Of a stretch of DNA of 64,000 nucleotides, positions 39,729 through 50,183 are shown piece after piece (positions within the stretch are counted from its first letter, which is position 1; each line of letters opens with the position of its first letter). Source of the stretch: Burkholderiales bacterium (lineage in GTDB: Bacteria > Pseudomonadota > Gammaproteobacteria > Burkholderiales > SG8-41). The position numbers and the translations under genes are program-made. Where the stretch lies: contig DATAJS010000005.1 of NCBI GenBank assembly GCA_036262035.1, forward strand, positions 100,110 through 164,109. Reading direction: 5' to 3'. Under the pieces are notes generated by a model, which saw only the letters and a list, made by a program, of their open reading frames with translations, had not been told where the DNA came from and searched no databases.

Positions 39729-40997
39729 CTAAACCGTCGACCCGGCCACTTTGGGCTGGTCGGAGTAGATCAGCAGCGGCGGCGCGTCGCTTACGATGGT
39801 GCCTTCGTCGACGACGACTTTCACCACGTTCTCCAGCGACGGCAGGTCGAACATGGTGTTGAGCAGCGTGTTCTCGAGGATAGAGCGTAGACCGCGCGCG
39901 CCGGTCTTTCGTTCGAGCGCCTTGTGCGCGACCGCTTTCAGGCCCGCCTCGCGCACTTCCAGCTCGACGCCCTCCATCGAGAACATCTTCTGGTACTGCT
40001 TGAGCAGCGCGTTCTTCGGCTGGGTGAGGATCTGGATGAGCGCGGCCTCGTCGAGCTCTTCGAGCGTGGCCACGACCGGGAGACGGCCGACGAACTCGGG
40101 GATGAGGCCGTACTTGATCAAATCTTCGGGTTGCACATCGCGCAATGCCTTGCCGATGTCTTTGCGGTTGTCCTTCGAGCGCACTTCGGCGCCGAAGCCG
40201 ATTCCGCCTTTTTCCGAACGGGCGCGGATGATCTTGTCCAGACCGTCGAAAGCGCCGCCGCAGATGAAGAGGATGTTCGTCGTGTCGACCTGCACGAACT
40301 CCTGATTCGGGTGCTTGCGGCCGCCCTGCGGCGGGACCGAGGCGATCGTGCCCTCGATCAGCTTGAGCAGCGCCTGCTGCACGCCTTCGCCCGACACGTC
40401 GCGGGTGATCGACGGGTTGTCCGATTTGCGCGAGATCTTGTCGATCTCGTCGATGTAGACGATGCCGCGCTGCGCCTTCTCGACGTCGTAGTCGCACTTC
40501 TGGAGCAGCTTCTGGATGATGTTCTCGACGTCCTCGCCGACGTAACCGGCCTCGGTCAGCGTCGTCGCGTCGGCCATCACGAAAGGCACGTTCAGCAGCC
40601 GCGCAAGTGTCTGCGCCAACAGCGTTTTACCCGAGCCCGTCGGGCCGACGAGCAGGATGTTCGACTTGGCCAGCTCGACGTCGTCGGTCTTGGTGATCGT
40701 CTTCAGCCGCTTGTAGTGGTTGTAGACCGCGACCGACAGGATTTTCTTGGCCGTGTCCTGCCCGATGACGTACTGGTCGAGGATCTTGCGGATTTCGTGG
40801 GGGACCGGCAGGTCGGACTTGGTGCCCTTGGCGCCCTGCTCGCCCTGGGTTTCCTCGCGGATGATGTCGTTGCAGAGCTCGATGCACTCGTCGCAGATGA
40901 AGACCGACGGGCCGGCGATGAGCTTGCGCACCTCGTGCTGGCTTTTTCCGCAGAAAGAGCAGTACAGGAGTTTCTCGCCGCCAACTTTGTCAGACAT
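39729..40997 (-). CDS. clpX: ATP-dependent Clp protease ATP-binding subunit ClpX
   Basis: It has the zinc ribbon [26 protein letters not shown] and Walker [12 protein letters not shown] 40997 ([13 protein letters not shown]) is preferred over GTG 41012. Confidence 0.95.
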   Translation of the reverse strand: MSDKVGGEKLLYCSFCGKSQHEVRKLIAGPSVFICDECIELCNDIIREETQGEQGAKGTKSDLPVPHEIRKILDQYVIGQDTAKKILSVAVYNHYKRLKTITKTDDVELAKSNILLVGPTGSGKTLLAQTLARLLNVPFVMADATTLTEAGYVGEDVENIIQKLLQKCDYDVEKAQRGIVYIDEIDKISRKSDNPSITRDVSGEGVQQALLKLIEGTIASVPPQGGRKHPNQEFVQVDTTNILFICGGAFDGLDKIIRARSEKGGIGFGAEVRSKDNRKDIGKALRDVQPEDLIKYGLIPEFVGRLPVVATLEELDEAALIQILTQPKNALLKQYQKMFSMEGVELEVREAGLKAVAHKALERKTGARGLRSILENTLLNTMFDLPSLENVVKVVVDEGTIVSDAPPLLIYSDQPKVAGSTV

Positions 40998-41129
40998 ACC
41001 TGCTTTCCCCACGGTTTTTCCAGTCCTTCCTCAGTGCATTTGCTGCGATTTCGGGGCCCGTAGCGCAAAAGCGAGCAAAAGCGGTGAAAAGCGACCGCCG
41101 AAATCGGGCAAAAAGGCTACGTTCGACCG

Positions 41130-41776
<647 letters not shown>

Positions 41777-41780
<4 letters not shown>

Positions 41781-43087
41781 TGCTTGTTCCCCATCAGTTC
41801 GTCGAATGCGACGGGCGTGTCCTCGACCTGCGCCGTCCGGAGCGCCCACTCGACCACGTTGTCCTCGAGCACCATCGACTCGATCTCGCGCAGGCGCTCG
41901 GGCGACTGGTAGTACCAGCGCACGACTTCCTGCGGGTTCTCGTACGACTGCGCCTGTTCCTCCACGATCGCCCGCACCTGCTCGGGCTTGGCCTGGAGCT
42001 GGTTGGCCCTGACGACCTCGGCAAGAATGAGGCCGAGATTCACCCTGCGCTGCGCCTGGTTTTCGAACATTTCGGCCGGCAGCACCATATCGTCTTTCAT
42101 CGGCAGCCCGCGCGCAGCGAAATCCTGCCTCGTCAGCTCACGCAGGCGATCGACTTCGCTGGCGACCAGCGACTTCGGCACTTCGACCTTGGTCGCGTCG
42201 AGCAGCGCCTGCATCACCTGGTCCTTCACCCGCGACTTCAGCCGGCTCGCGACTTCGCGCTCGAGGTTCGCCTTGATCTCCCCTCGCATCTTCCCGATGT
42301 CGCCGTCGGCGACGCCGAGGCTTTTCGCGAATTCGGCATCGACCTCGGGCAGCTTCGGCGCGCCGACTTCCGACACGCTCACCTCGAAGGTCGCGGTCTT
42401 ACCCGCGACGTCCTTGCCGTGGTAGTCGTCGGGAAACTTCAGCTCGAACGACTTGGAATCGCCGGCTTTCATGCCGGCAAGCGCGCTCTCGAAGTCGGCG
42501 AGCAGCCGGCCTTCGCCGAGCACCACCTGCTGGTTCTCCGCCTTGCCGCCCTGGAACTCGACACCGTCGATCGTGCCGCGGTACGACATCGTGACGCGAT
42601 CACCGTTCTCGGCCGCGCGATCCGCCTTGTCGAAGGTGACGCGCTGCTTCTTCATGATCTCGATCGTGCGATCGACTTCGGCATCCGCGACGGCGAGCTG
42701 CGGCCGCGTGATCTTGGTGCCCGAGATGTCGCCGAGCTGCACTTCGGGGTAGACCTCGAACGTCGCGCTGTACTCGAAATCGCTCGCACCTTCGCCGACC
42801 GGTTTCGGCTCGAATTTCGGATAGCCCGCGACCTTGAGGTTCTGCTCGCGCACCGCTTCGCCGAACGTGCGCTGGAGCGTATCGCCCAGCACTTCCTGCC
42901 GGACCTGGGGCCCGTAGGTCTGGGCGACGACCTTCATCGGCACTTTACCCGGCCGGAAGCCGTGCATCTTGACCGTTCGCGACAGGCGCTTCAAGCGCGT
43001 GTCGACTTCCTGATCGATCTCCGCCATCGGGACCGCGATTGAAAGACGGCGTTCGAGCGTGCTCAGGTTTTCGAGGTTTGATTGCAT
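41777..43087 (-). CDS. tig: Trigger factor
   Basis: It starts [20 protein letters not shown] at ATG 43087 and carries GFRPGKVP. The track start at 43165 is rejected because it overlaps tRNA-Leu. Confidence 0.9.
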
Positions 43088-43136
43088 TTGAGAAAAGGAA
43101 ATTGAGGGGGAAGAAGCCTTACTACGTCGATGATCT

Positions 43137-43221
<85 letters not shown>

Positions 43222-43386
43222 CGGGCGTGTAGCCCTCGGGCTCGGGACCAGCGGGTAGGCCGGAGCTCCGGAGCGCAACCCATTGATTGTAATATACTCG
43301 CCCGTCTATTTCGAGTGCCCTACCGCGCCCGAACCCGTCCACGTCCGGCCTGTTTAAGCGCCTGAAAAGCCAAGCCTTCCTTAGCG

Positions 43387-44211
43387 TTGGACCCGCATCA
43401 ATACTGCCGGCAGAGGTGTGCTCCGCCCGGCTCCGCGTTCTATTACAGCGTTCGCGTGCTGCCGCCGGACCTGCAGCGGGCGGCGGTCGCGCTCGAAGCG
43501 TTTCGGCGCGAGGTCACCGGCATCGCCAACGAAGTGCGCGACCCGGGCGTCGCGCGCACCAAGCTCGCGTGGTGGCACGGCGAGATCGAGAGCCTCTACG
43601 CGGGGGAACCGCACCATCCGGTGACGCGCGCATTGGCCGCCGCGCTCGCGCCTCACGGTATCGAGCGCGGCGCGCTCGAGGACGTGTTGCAGGCCGCCGC
43701 GATGGATCTCGAATACAACGCGTATCCCGATGTCGACGCGCTCGAGGTCTACTGCCGGCGCGTGCGCGGCGTGCCGCAGCGGCTCCTGTCCCGCGTCTTC
43801 GGGTTCGACGACGCGAAGACACTCGAGCATGCGCAAGAGCTGGGCATCGCGCTGGAGCTCACGCGCATCGTGCGCGATGCCGGCGAAGACGCGCGGCACG
43901 GGCGCGTCTACCTGCCGCTGCACGACATGGCCGAGCACGGCGTCACCTCCGACGATCTCGCGCACGCACGCGAGACCGACGCTTTCCGGCGCCTCATCGC
44001 AGCCGGGATCGCGCGCGCCGATGCGCGTTACGATCGCGCGATGGCGCTCCTGCCGCCCGGCGATCGCAAATCGCAGCGTCCGGGGCTCGTGATGGCGGCG
44101 ATCGAGCGCGCGCTGCTGCGAGAGATCGAGGCCGACGGCTGCCGGGTCCTGACGCAGCGCACATCGCTCACGCCGCTGCGCATGTTATGGATTTCGATGC
44201 GTACCCGCTGA
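43387..44211 (+). CDS. Squalene/phytoene synthase family protein with degenerate first Asp-rich motif
   Basis: 274 aa with a TTG start. It has GSAFYYSVRVLPP and a retained second motif RDAGEDARHGRVYLP. Where CrtB/HpnD-type enzymes carry F/WCRxxDDxxD, this protein reads FRREVTGIANE. Confidence 0.7.
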   Translation: MDPHQYCRQRCAPPGSAFYYSVRVLPPDLQRAAVALEAFRREVTGIANEVRDPGVARTKLAWWHGEIESLYAGEPHHPVTRALAAALAPHGIERGALEDVLQAAAMDLEYNAYPDVDALEVYCRRVRGVPQRLLSRVFGFDDAKTLEHAQELGIALELTRIVRDAGEDARHGRVYLPLHDMAEHGVTSDDLAHARETDAFRRLIAAGIARADARYDRAMALLPPGDRKSQRPGLVMAAIERALLREIEADGCRVLTQRTSLTPLRMLWISMRTR

Positions 44212-44248
44212 CGGGGTCAGACCCCGGCCTTTTTGGGGTCTGACCCCG
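44212..44248 (+). terminator. Hairpin immediately after the squalene-synthase-like gene (terminator-like), GGGGTCAG-family palindrome
   Basis: CGGGGTCAGACCCC (44212-44225) pairs with GGGGTCTGACCCCG (44235-44248). This gives a 14-bp stem with loop GGCCTTTTT, followed by GTTTGCTCT. Confidence 0.45.
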
Positions 44249-44271
44249 GTTTGCTCTAGGGAGAATCAATC

Positions 44272-45027
44272 ATGGACTTACAACTGAAGGATAAAACTGC
44301 GCTCGTCACCGGCTCGAGCATGGGCATCGGCCGCGCGATCGCGAAAGCGCTCGCGGCCGAAGGCGTAAAGACCGCGATCGTCGCGCGCCGCCGCAACCTG
44401 CTCGAAGGCGTGGCGGACGAGATCGTCTCGGCCGGCGGCATCGAGCCCGCGATCTTCGAAGTCGACGTGATGCACCAAGGCGCGGTGAAGAAGCTGGCGA
44501 ACGATGCGCGCGAGGCGCTCGGCGGCATCGACATCCTGATCAATTCGGCGGGCGGCAGCCAGCCGCCGATCGGCATCGACGCGCCCGACGACGCGTGGGA
44601 GTACGCGATGACGCTCAACTTCGTGCGGGTGCGCCAGCTCACGCACGCGGTGCTGCCCGGCATGGTCGAGAAGAAGTGGGGCCGCATCGTCAGCATCACC
44701 GGCAAGTCCGAGCCCGAGAAGCTGATCGCCGCGACGCCGTCCAAGGCCGCGGTGCACGCGTGGTCCAAAGGACTCTCGCGCGAGGTCGGCAAGCACGGCG
44801 TCACCGTCAACTGCATCCCGCCGGGTCGCATCATGAGCGAGCAGATCCGGCGCAAGTACTCGGAGGACTTCCGCGCGAAGCAGTCGGCCGAGGAGATTCC
44901 GGTCGGACGCTACGGCGAGCCCGAAGAGCTGGCCGCACTGGCGGTATTCCTCTGCTCCCCCCTCGCCCGTTACATCACCGGCACGGTCATGCCCGTCGAC
45001 GGCGGACTAAAAAAGTACGCGTTTTGA
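44272..45027 (+). CDS. SDR-family oxidoreductase (FabG-like)
   Basis: 251 aa with TALVTGSSMGIGRAIA, NSAG and a Y/K region replaced by PSKAAVHAWSKGLS-type context, plus PGRIMSE. Confidence 0.8.
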   Translation: MDLQLKDKTALVTGSSMGIGRAIAKALAAEGVKTAIVARRRNLLEGVADEIVSAGGIEPAIFEVDVMHQGAVKKLANDAREALGGIDILINSAGGSQPPIGIDAPDDAWEYAMTLNFVRVRQLTHAVLPGMVEKKWGRIVSITGKSEPEKLIAATPSKAAVHAWSKGLSREVGKHGVTVNCIPPGRIMSEQIRRKYSEDFRAKQSAEEIPVGRYGEPEELAALAVFLCSPLARYITGTVMPVDGGLKKYAF

Positions 45028-45031
45028 CGGC

Positions 45032-45134
45032 GCTGTCATCGCGAGGCGCCAGCAAGGGCGCCGTGGCGCTCTCGCGACGCGCGGAGCGGACGCTCCGAGA
45101 TTGCTTCGTCGCTTGCGCTCCTCGCAATGACAGC
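45032..45134. repeat. MITE-like imperfect palindrome with GCTGTCAT(C/T)GCGAGG termini
   Basis: Left end GCTGTCATCGCGAGG (45032-45046), right end CCTCGCAATGACAGC (45120-45134), and a central mini-hairpin CGGAGCG-ga-CGCTCCG (45082-45097). The right half contains GATTGCTTCGTCGCTTGCGCTCCTCGCAATGAC. Confidence 0.7.
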
Positions 45135-45178
45135 CCCGGTCGTATAATTCGGCACCGCTCCAGCGAAGGATTCCCACC

Positions 45179-46294
45179 ATGCAAACCAAGATCCCCTGCG
45201 TCATCATGCGCGGCGGCACGTCGCGCGGTCCGTTCTTCCTCCAGACCGACCTGCCTTCCGACATTCCCACGCGCGATGCGGTCCTGCTCGCCGCGATGGG
45301 CTCGCCGCACGACTATCAGGTCGACGGCATCGGCGGCGCGCGCTCGCTCACCAGCAAGGTCGCGATGATCTCGCGCTCCAAGCAGGCGGGCGCCGACGTG
45401 GACTATCTCTTCGCGCAGGTCCTGATCGACCAGCCGCTCGTCGACACCAAGCCCAACTGCGGCAACATGCTCGTCGCGGTCGGGCCGTTCGCGATCGAAG
45501 CGGGCCTCGTTCCCGCGAAAGACGGCGAGACCACGGTGCGCATCTACAACGTCAACACCAGGACGCTGGTGGAGGCGATCGTGCAGACGCCCGGCGGCAA
45601 GGTGACCTACGAAGGCGGCGCGTCGATCGACGGCGTGCCCGGCACCGCCGCCCCCGTCGGCATCAACTTCAAGGGCGGCATCGGTGCAGTGACCGGCAAG
45701 CTCCTGCCGACCGGCAAGCCCCTCGACGTGATCGACGGCATCGAAGTCTCGTGCGTCGACGTCGCGATGCCGACCATGTTCGTGCGCGCCGAAGCTTTGG
45801 CCAAGACCGGTTACGAGACCGCCGCCGAGCTCGACGCGGACAAGGAGTTCACGGCGCGCATGGAAGCGATACGGCTGAAGGCCGGCGTGCTGATGGGCAT
45901 GGGCGACGTCTCGAAGAGCGTCACGCCGAAAGTCGCGCTGCTCGCCAGGCCGAAAGACGGCGGTGCGATCGCGACGCGTTACTTCGTGCCCGACGCCTGT
46001 CACAAGGCGCTCGCGGTCACCGGCACGGTGTGCCTCGCGTCGGCGTGCGCCATCCCCGGCACGATCGCGTCGCAGATCGCGCAGGTGAAACCCGCGCCGC
46101 AGGGCATCATCGAGATCGAGCACCCGTCGGGCAAGATCGCCATCGACCTCGACGCCGATTTCACCGGCGGCAAACAGGAGCTCCGCCGCGCGGCGCTGGT
46201 GCGCACCGCGCGCCGCGTGTTCGAAGGCAACATTCTCGTGCCGTCGCACGTGTGGGCGGGCAAGGTGGACGAAACCCGGAAGGCGGCAGCGTAA
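45179..46294 (+). CDS. PrpF-family isomerase (2-methylaconitate isomerase / 4-oxalomesaconate tautomerase-like)
   Basis: 371 aa with IPCVIMRGGTSRGPFF, SLTSKVAMI and KPNCGNM (catalytic Cys context). TATAAT lies at 45143-45148 and AGGA is present upstream. Confidence 0.8.
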   Translation: MQTKIPCVIMRGGTSRGPFFLQTDLPSDIPTRDAVLLAAMGSPHDYQVDGIGGARSLTSKVAMISRSKQAGADVDYLFAQVLIDQPLVDTKPNCGNMLVAVGPFAIEAGLVPAKDGETTVRIYNVNTRTLVEAIVQTPGGKVTYEGGASIDGVPGTAAPVGINFKGGIGAVTGKLLPTGKPLDVIDGIEVSCVDVAMPTMFVRAEALAKTGYETAAELDADKEFTARMEAIRLKAGVLMGMGDVSKSVTPKVALLARPKDGGAIATRYFVPDACHKALAVTGTVCLASACAIPGTIASQIAQVKPAPQGIIEIEHPSGKIAIDLDADFTGGKQELRRAALVRTARRVFEGNILVPSHVWAGKVDETRKAAA

Positions 46295-47952
46295 TGGCCG
46301 AGGTCGATCAAATCGAACGCGAGTCGATGCAGTATGACGTGGTGATCGTCGGCGCAGGTCCGGCCGGCCTCGCCGCGGCGATCCGTCTCAAGCAGCTCGC
46401 CGCCGAGCGCAACACCGAGATCGGCGTCTGCGTGCTCGAAAAAGGATCGGAAGTCGGTGCGCACATCCTGTCGGGCGCGGTGATGGATCCGCGCTCGATC
46501 GACGAGCTCATCCCCGACTGGCAGGCGAAAGAAGCGCCGCTCAATGCGCCGGTCACCGAGGACCGCTTCCTGTTCCTCACCAAGGATTCTTCGTACAAGG
46601 TGCCGGACTTCATGCTGCCGGCGTGCTTCAAGAATCACGGCAACTACGTGATCAGCCTCGGCAACGTCTGCCGCTGGCTGGGTCAGCAGGCCGAAGCGCT
46701 GGGCGTGGAGATCTTCCCCGGCTTCCCGGCGGCCGACGTGCTGTATCACGACAACGGCGCGGTCAAAGGCGTCGTCACCGGCGACATGGGCGTGGACCGC
46801 GAAGGCAAGCCGACCGACGCCTACCAGCCCGGCATGGAGCTGCACGGCAAGTACACGCTGTTCGCCGAAGGCTGCCGCGGCCATCTCGGCCGCCGGCTGC
46901 AGGCGAAATACAACCTGCGTGACGGCGTCGACCCGCAGGTCTACGGCATCGGCCTGAAAGAGCTGTGGGAGATCAAGCCCGAGAAACACCAGAAAGGCCT
47001 GGTGATGCACACCGCGGGCTGGCCGCTCGAGAGCGATACCTACGGCGGGTCGTTCTTCTATCACATGGAAGACAACCTGGTCGCGATCGGCTTCGTGGTC
47101 GGTCTCGGCTACACCAATCCCTATCTCTCGCCGTATGAAGAGTTCCAGCGCTACAAGACGCACCCCGCCATCCGCAGCTTCCTCGAAGGCGGCAAAAGGA
47201 TCGCGTACGGCGCGCGCGCGATCACCGCGGGCGGCCTCCAGTCGCTGCCGAAGCTCGTGTTCCCGGGCGGCGCGCTGATCGGCGACGACGCCGGCTTCCT
47301 CAACGCGTCTCGCATCAAGGGCAGCCACGCGGCGATGAAATCGGGCGCGCTCGCCGCCGAAGCGATCGCCGATGCGCTACAGGCCAATCGCGAAAGCGAC
47401 GAGCTGACCGCGTACCCCGAAGCGTTCCGTCAGAGCTGGCTGCACGAAGAGCTGTACAAGGCGCGCAACTTCAAGCCGTTCATGAGCAAGGGCCTGTACA
47501 CCGGCACGGTCATGGTCGGCATCGACCAGGTGCTCTTCGGCGGCAAGGCGCCGTGGACGCTGCGCCACCATCATTCGGACCACGAGACGCTCAAGCCCAA
47601 GAAGGACGTGCAGCCGATCGCCTATCCGAAACCCGACGGCGTGCTGACGTTCGATCGCCTGTCGTCGGTCTTCATCTCGAACACCAACCACAACGAAGAC
47701 CAGCCGGTGCACCTCACGCTGAAGGACCCGAGCGTGCCGATCAAGGTGAACCTCGCGCTGTACGACGCGCCCGAGCAGCGCTACTGCCCGGCCGGCGTGT
47801 ACGAGATCGTGACCGAAGGCGAAGCGCCGCGGCTGCAGATCAACGCGCAGAACTGCGTGCACTGCAAGACCTGCGACATCAAGGATCCCACGCAGAACAT
47901 CGTGTGGGTCACGCCCGAAGGCGGCGGCGGGCCGAACTACCCGAACATGTAA
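46294..47952 (+). CDS. Electron-transfer flavoprotein:ubiquinone oxidoreductase (ETF-QO)
   Basis: ATG 46294 (MAEVDQIERESMQYDVVIVGAGPAGL) forms a TAATG overlap with the upstream stop. The C-terminal 4Fe-4S region reads YCPAGVYE...CVHCKTCDIKDP and the protein ends GGGPNYPNM. Confidence 0.9.
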   Translation: MAEVDQIERESMQYDVVIVGAGPAGLAAAIRLKQLAAERNTEIGVCVLEKGSEVGAHILSGAVMDPRSIDELIPDWQAKEAPLNAPVTEDRFLFLTKDSSYKVPDFMLPACFKNHGNYVISLGNVCRWLGQQAEALGVEIFPGFPAADVLYHDNGAVKGVVTGDMGVDREGKPTDAYQPGMELHGKYTLFAEGCRGHLGRRLQAKYNLRDGVDPQVYGIGLKELWEIKPEKHQKGLVMHTAGWPLESDTYGGSFFYHMEDNLVAIGFVVGLGYTNPYLSPYEEFQRYKTHPAIRSFLEGGKRIAYGARAITAGGLQSLPKLVFPGGALIGDDAGFLNASRIKGSHAAMKSGALAAEAIADALQANRESDELTAYPEAFRQSWLHEELYKARNFKPFMSKGLYTGTVMVGIDQVLFGGKAPWTLRHHHSDHETLKPKKDVQPIAYPKPDGVLTFDRLSSVFISNTNHNEDQPVHLTLKDPSVPIKVNLALYDAPEQRYCPAGVYEIVTEGEAPRLQINAQNCVHCKTCDIKDPTQNIVWVTPEGGGGPNYPNM

Positions 47953-47968
47953 CGGCGGCGGCTGACCG

Positions 47969-48991
47969 ATGCTCCTCGGCCGGCTGCTCAAACGGCGAAG
48001 CTCGAAACGCGTGCGGGACGTCCCCGCGCGCGACTACGTCGAGCGTCGCGGCACGCCGGGCGCCCTGCGCTCGCTCCGCATCGCCGCGACCAGGACGCAG
48101 GCCCAGCTTCTCGATCTCGAATCGGGCTGGCTGTACACGCCGCTCTGCGTGCCGATCGGCGCGGAGCGCTGCACGACCCTCGACCTGCACAGGGTGTACT
48201 CGCGCGACAAGTACGACGTCGTCTACACCGACGCCTTCGCCGAGGCTCTGGACGCATGCGCCGTGCCCTCGGTCGAGAATATCTTCGTCCTCTCCGCGCC
48301 CCGCAACTACTGGCACTTCATCATGGATTGCGTGCCGCGCCTGTGCTTCGCGGCCGTGATGCCGGATCTGCGCGAACGGGCGCTGCTCGTCGACGCCGGC
48401 GCGACCGCGACCGAGCGCGAGGTCATCGCTCGCGCCGCGGCGCAGGTCGGCATGGAGGCGCTCCGGCTCGTGCCCGCCGCACATCCCCTGCAGCCGATCG
48501 CGCAGGCCGCCTGCCCGGGTTACATCGACCGCTACTCGGCGACGGCGCTGTGGGACGAGATGCTCTATCCGGCGGCGGCGCGGCCGCGCCGCGGCATCGA
48601 GCGCCTGTTCGTGAGGCGCGCCGCGCGCATGCGGCGCCTCGTCAACGAGGATGCGCTGGTCGAGGCGCTGGCGCGCATCGGTTTCACGGCGGTCGATCCG
48701 GGCGCGCTCGGTTTCGAGGAGCAGGTCGCGACGTTCGCCGATGCGCGCGTGATCGTCGGCGTGCACGGTGCGGCCCTCACGAACGTGCTGTTCGCCCCGC
48801 GCGGTGCGACGTTCGTCGAGCTCTACACGACCGTGCACCAGCCGTTCTACGCGGAGCTGGCCGCAGCCAAGGGGATGCGTTACGTACCGCTCGCGGGCGA
48901 ATCGCACGAGGCGGCCGTCGATCAGCACGACGACTTCGGCGTCGACGTGCCGCGCGTGCTGGAGGTGCTGAAAGAGCTCGGGGTGTCCTGA
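47969..48991 (+). CDS. Glycosyltransferase family 61 / DUF563-like protein
   Basis: 340 aa with NYWHFIMDCVPRL and VIVGVHGAALTNVLFAP, which are GT61/DUF563 hallmark contexts as I recall them. It starts 16 nt after the ETF-QO stop. Confidence 0.6.
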   Translation: MLLGRLLKRRSSKRVRDVPARDYVERRGTPGALRSLRIAATRTQAQLLDLESGWLYTPLCVPIGAERCTTLDLHRVYSRDKYDVVYTDAFAEALDACAVPSVENIFVLSAPRNYWHFIMDCVPRLCFAAVMPDLRERALLVDAGATATEREVIARAAAQVGMEALRLVPAAHPLQPIAQAACPGYIDRYSATALWDEMLYPAAARPRRGIERLFVRRAARMRRLVNEDALVEALARIGFTAVDPGALGFEEQVATFADARVIVGVHGAALTNVLFAPRGATFVELYTTVHQPFYAELAAAKGMRYVPLAGESHEAAVDQHDDFGVDVPRVLEVLKELGVS

Positions 48992-48993
48992 GC

Positions 48994-50181
48994 TCAGAAG
49001 GCTTCGAAGATGCCCGCGGCGCCCATGCCGGTGCCGATGCACATCGTCACCATGCCGTACTTCTTGTTGCGGCGCCTGAGGCCGTGCATGACGGTCGCGG
49101 TGCGGATCGCCCCGGTCGCCCCCAGCGGGTGCCCGAGCGCGATCGCGCCGCCGAGCGGATTGACGATCTCGCGGTCGAGACCGAGCTCCTGGATCACCGC
49201 GAGGGTCTGCGCGGCGAACGCTTCGTTGAGCTCGATCCAGCCGATGTCCTCCTGCCTGAGCCCGGCGAGCGCCAGCGCTTTCGGGATCGCTTTCACCGGG
49301 CCGATGCCCATGATCTCGGGCGGCACACCGGCAACGGCATACGAGACGAAGCGGCCCAGCGGCGTGACGCCGTAGCGCTTCACCGCACCTTCGCTCATCA
49401 GCACCACCGCCCCTGCCCCGTCCGACATCTGCGAGCTGTTGCCGGCGGTGACGCTGCCTTTCGCCGCGAACGCGGGCCTGAGCTTCGCAAGCGCTTCGGG
49501 TGAGGTGTCGCGGCGCGGACCTTCGTCGTTCAGCGCTTCGCGTGAGACGACTTTGACCTGCGCGCTCTCGAGATCGGGCACGCGCTCCACCACGTTGTAC
49601 GGCGTCACCTCGTCGCGGAACTCGCCGCTGTCGATCGCGTGCACCGCGCGCCGGTGGCTGTCGGCGGCGTAGAGATCCTGGGCTTCGCGGGTCACCTTCC
49701 ACTGCGCGGCGACTTTCTCCGCGGTGATGCCCATGCCGTACGCGATCGCGACGTTCTCGTCGCGCTCGAAGATCGCGGGGTTGAACGCGGGCTTGTTGCC
49801 GCCCATCGGCACCATGCTCATGCTCTCGGTGCCGGCGGCGATCATCACGTCGGCTTCGCCGAGCCGTATGCGGTCGGCCGCGAGCGCGACCGCCTGCACG
49901 CCCGACGAGCAGAAACGGTTGATCGTCATCGCCGAGACGTTCGCGGGAAAGCCCGCGAGCAGCGCGGCGATGCGCGCGACGTTCATGCCCTGCTCCGCCT
50001 CGGGCATCGCGCAGCCGACGATCACGTCCTCGACGTCGCCCGCGGGCAGTCCGGGGCATTGCGCGACCGCGGCCTTGAGCACGTGCGCGAGCATGTCGTC
50101 GGGGCGCACGTTGCGAAGCATGCCGCGCGGCGCTTTGCCGACCGGCGTGCGGGTCGCTGCGACGATGTAGGCGTCTTTCAT
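48994..50181 (-). CDS. fadA: Acetyl-CoA C-acyltransferase (3-ketoacyl-CoA thiolase)
   Basis: ATG 50181 (MKDAYIVAATRTPVGKA). It has the Cys context NRFCSSGVQA, NEAFAAQ and C-terminal CIGTGMGAAGIFE. It starts 2 nt after the upstream stop. Confidence 0.9.
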   Translation of the reverse strand: MKDAYIVAATRTPVGKAPRGMLRNVRPDDMLAHVLKAAVAQCPGLPAGDVEDVIVGCAMPEAEQGMNVARIAALLAGFPANVSAMTINRFCSSGVQAVALAADRIRLGEADVMIAAGTESMSMVPMGGNKPAFNPAIFERDENVAIAYGMGITAEKVAAQWKVTREAQDLYAADSHRRAVHAIDSGEFRDEVTPYNVVERVPDLESAQVKVVSREALNDEGPRRDTSPEALAKLRPAFAAKGSVTAGNSSQMSDGAGAVVLMSEGAVKRYGVTPLGRFVSYAVAGVPPEIMGIGPVKAIPKALALAGLRQEDIGWIELNEAFAAQTLAVIQELGLDREIVNPLGGAIALGHPLGATGAIRTATVMHGLRRRNKKYGMVTMCIGTGMGAAGIFEAF

Positions 50182-50183
50182 GG

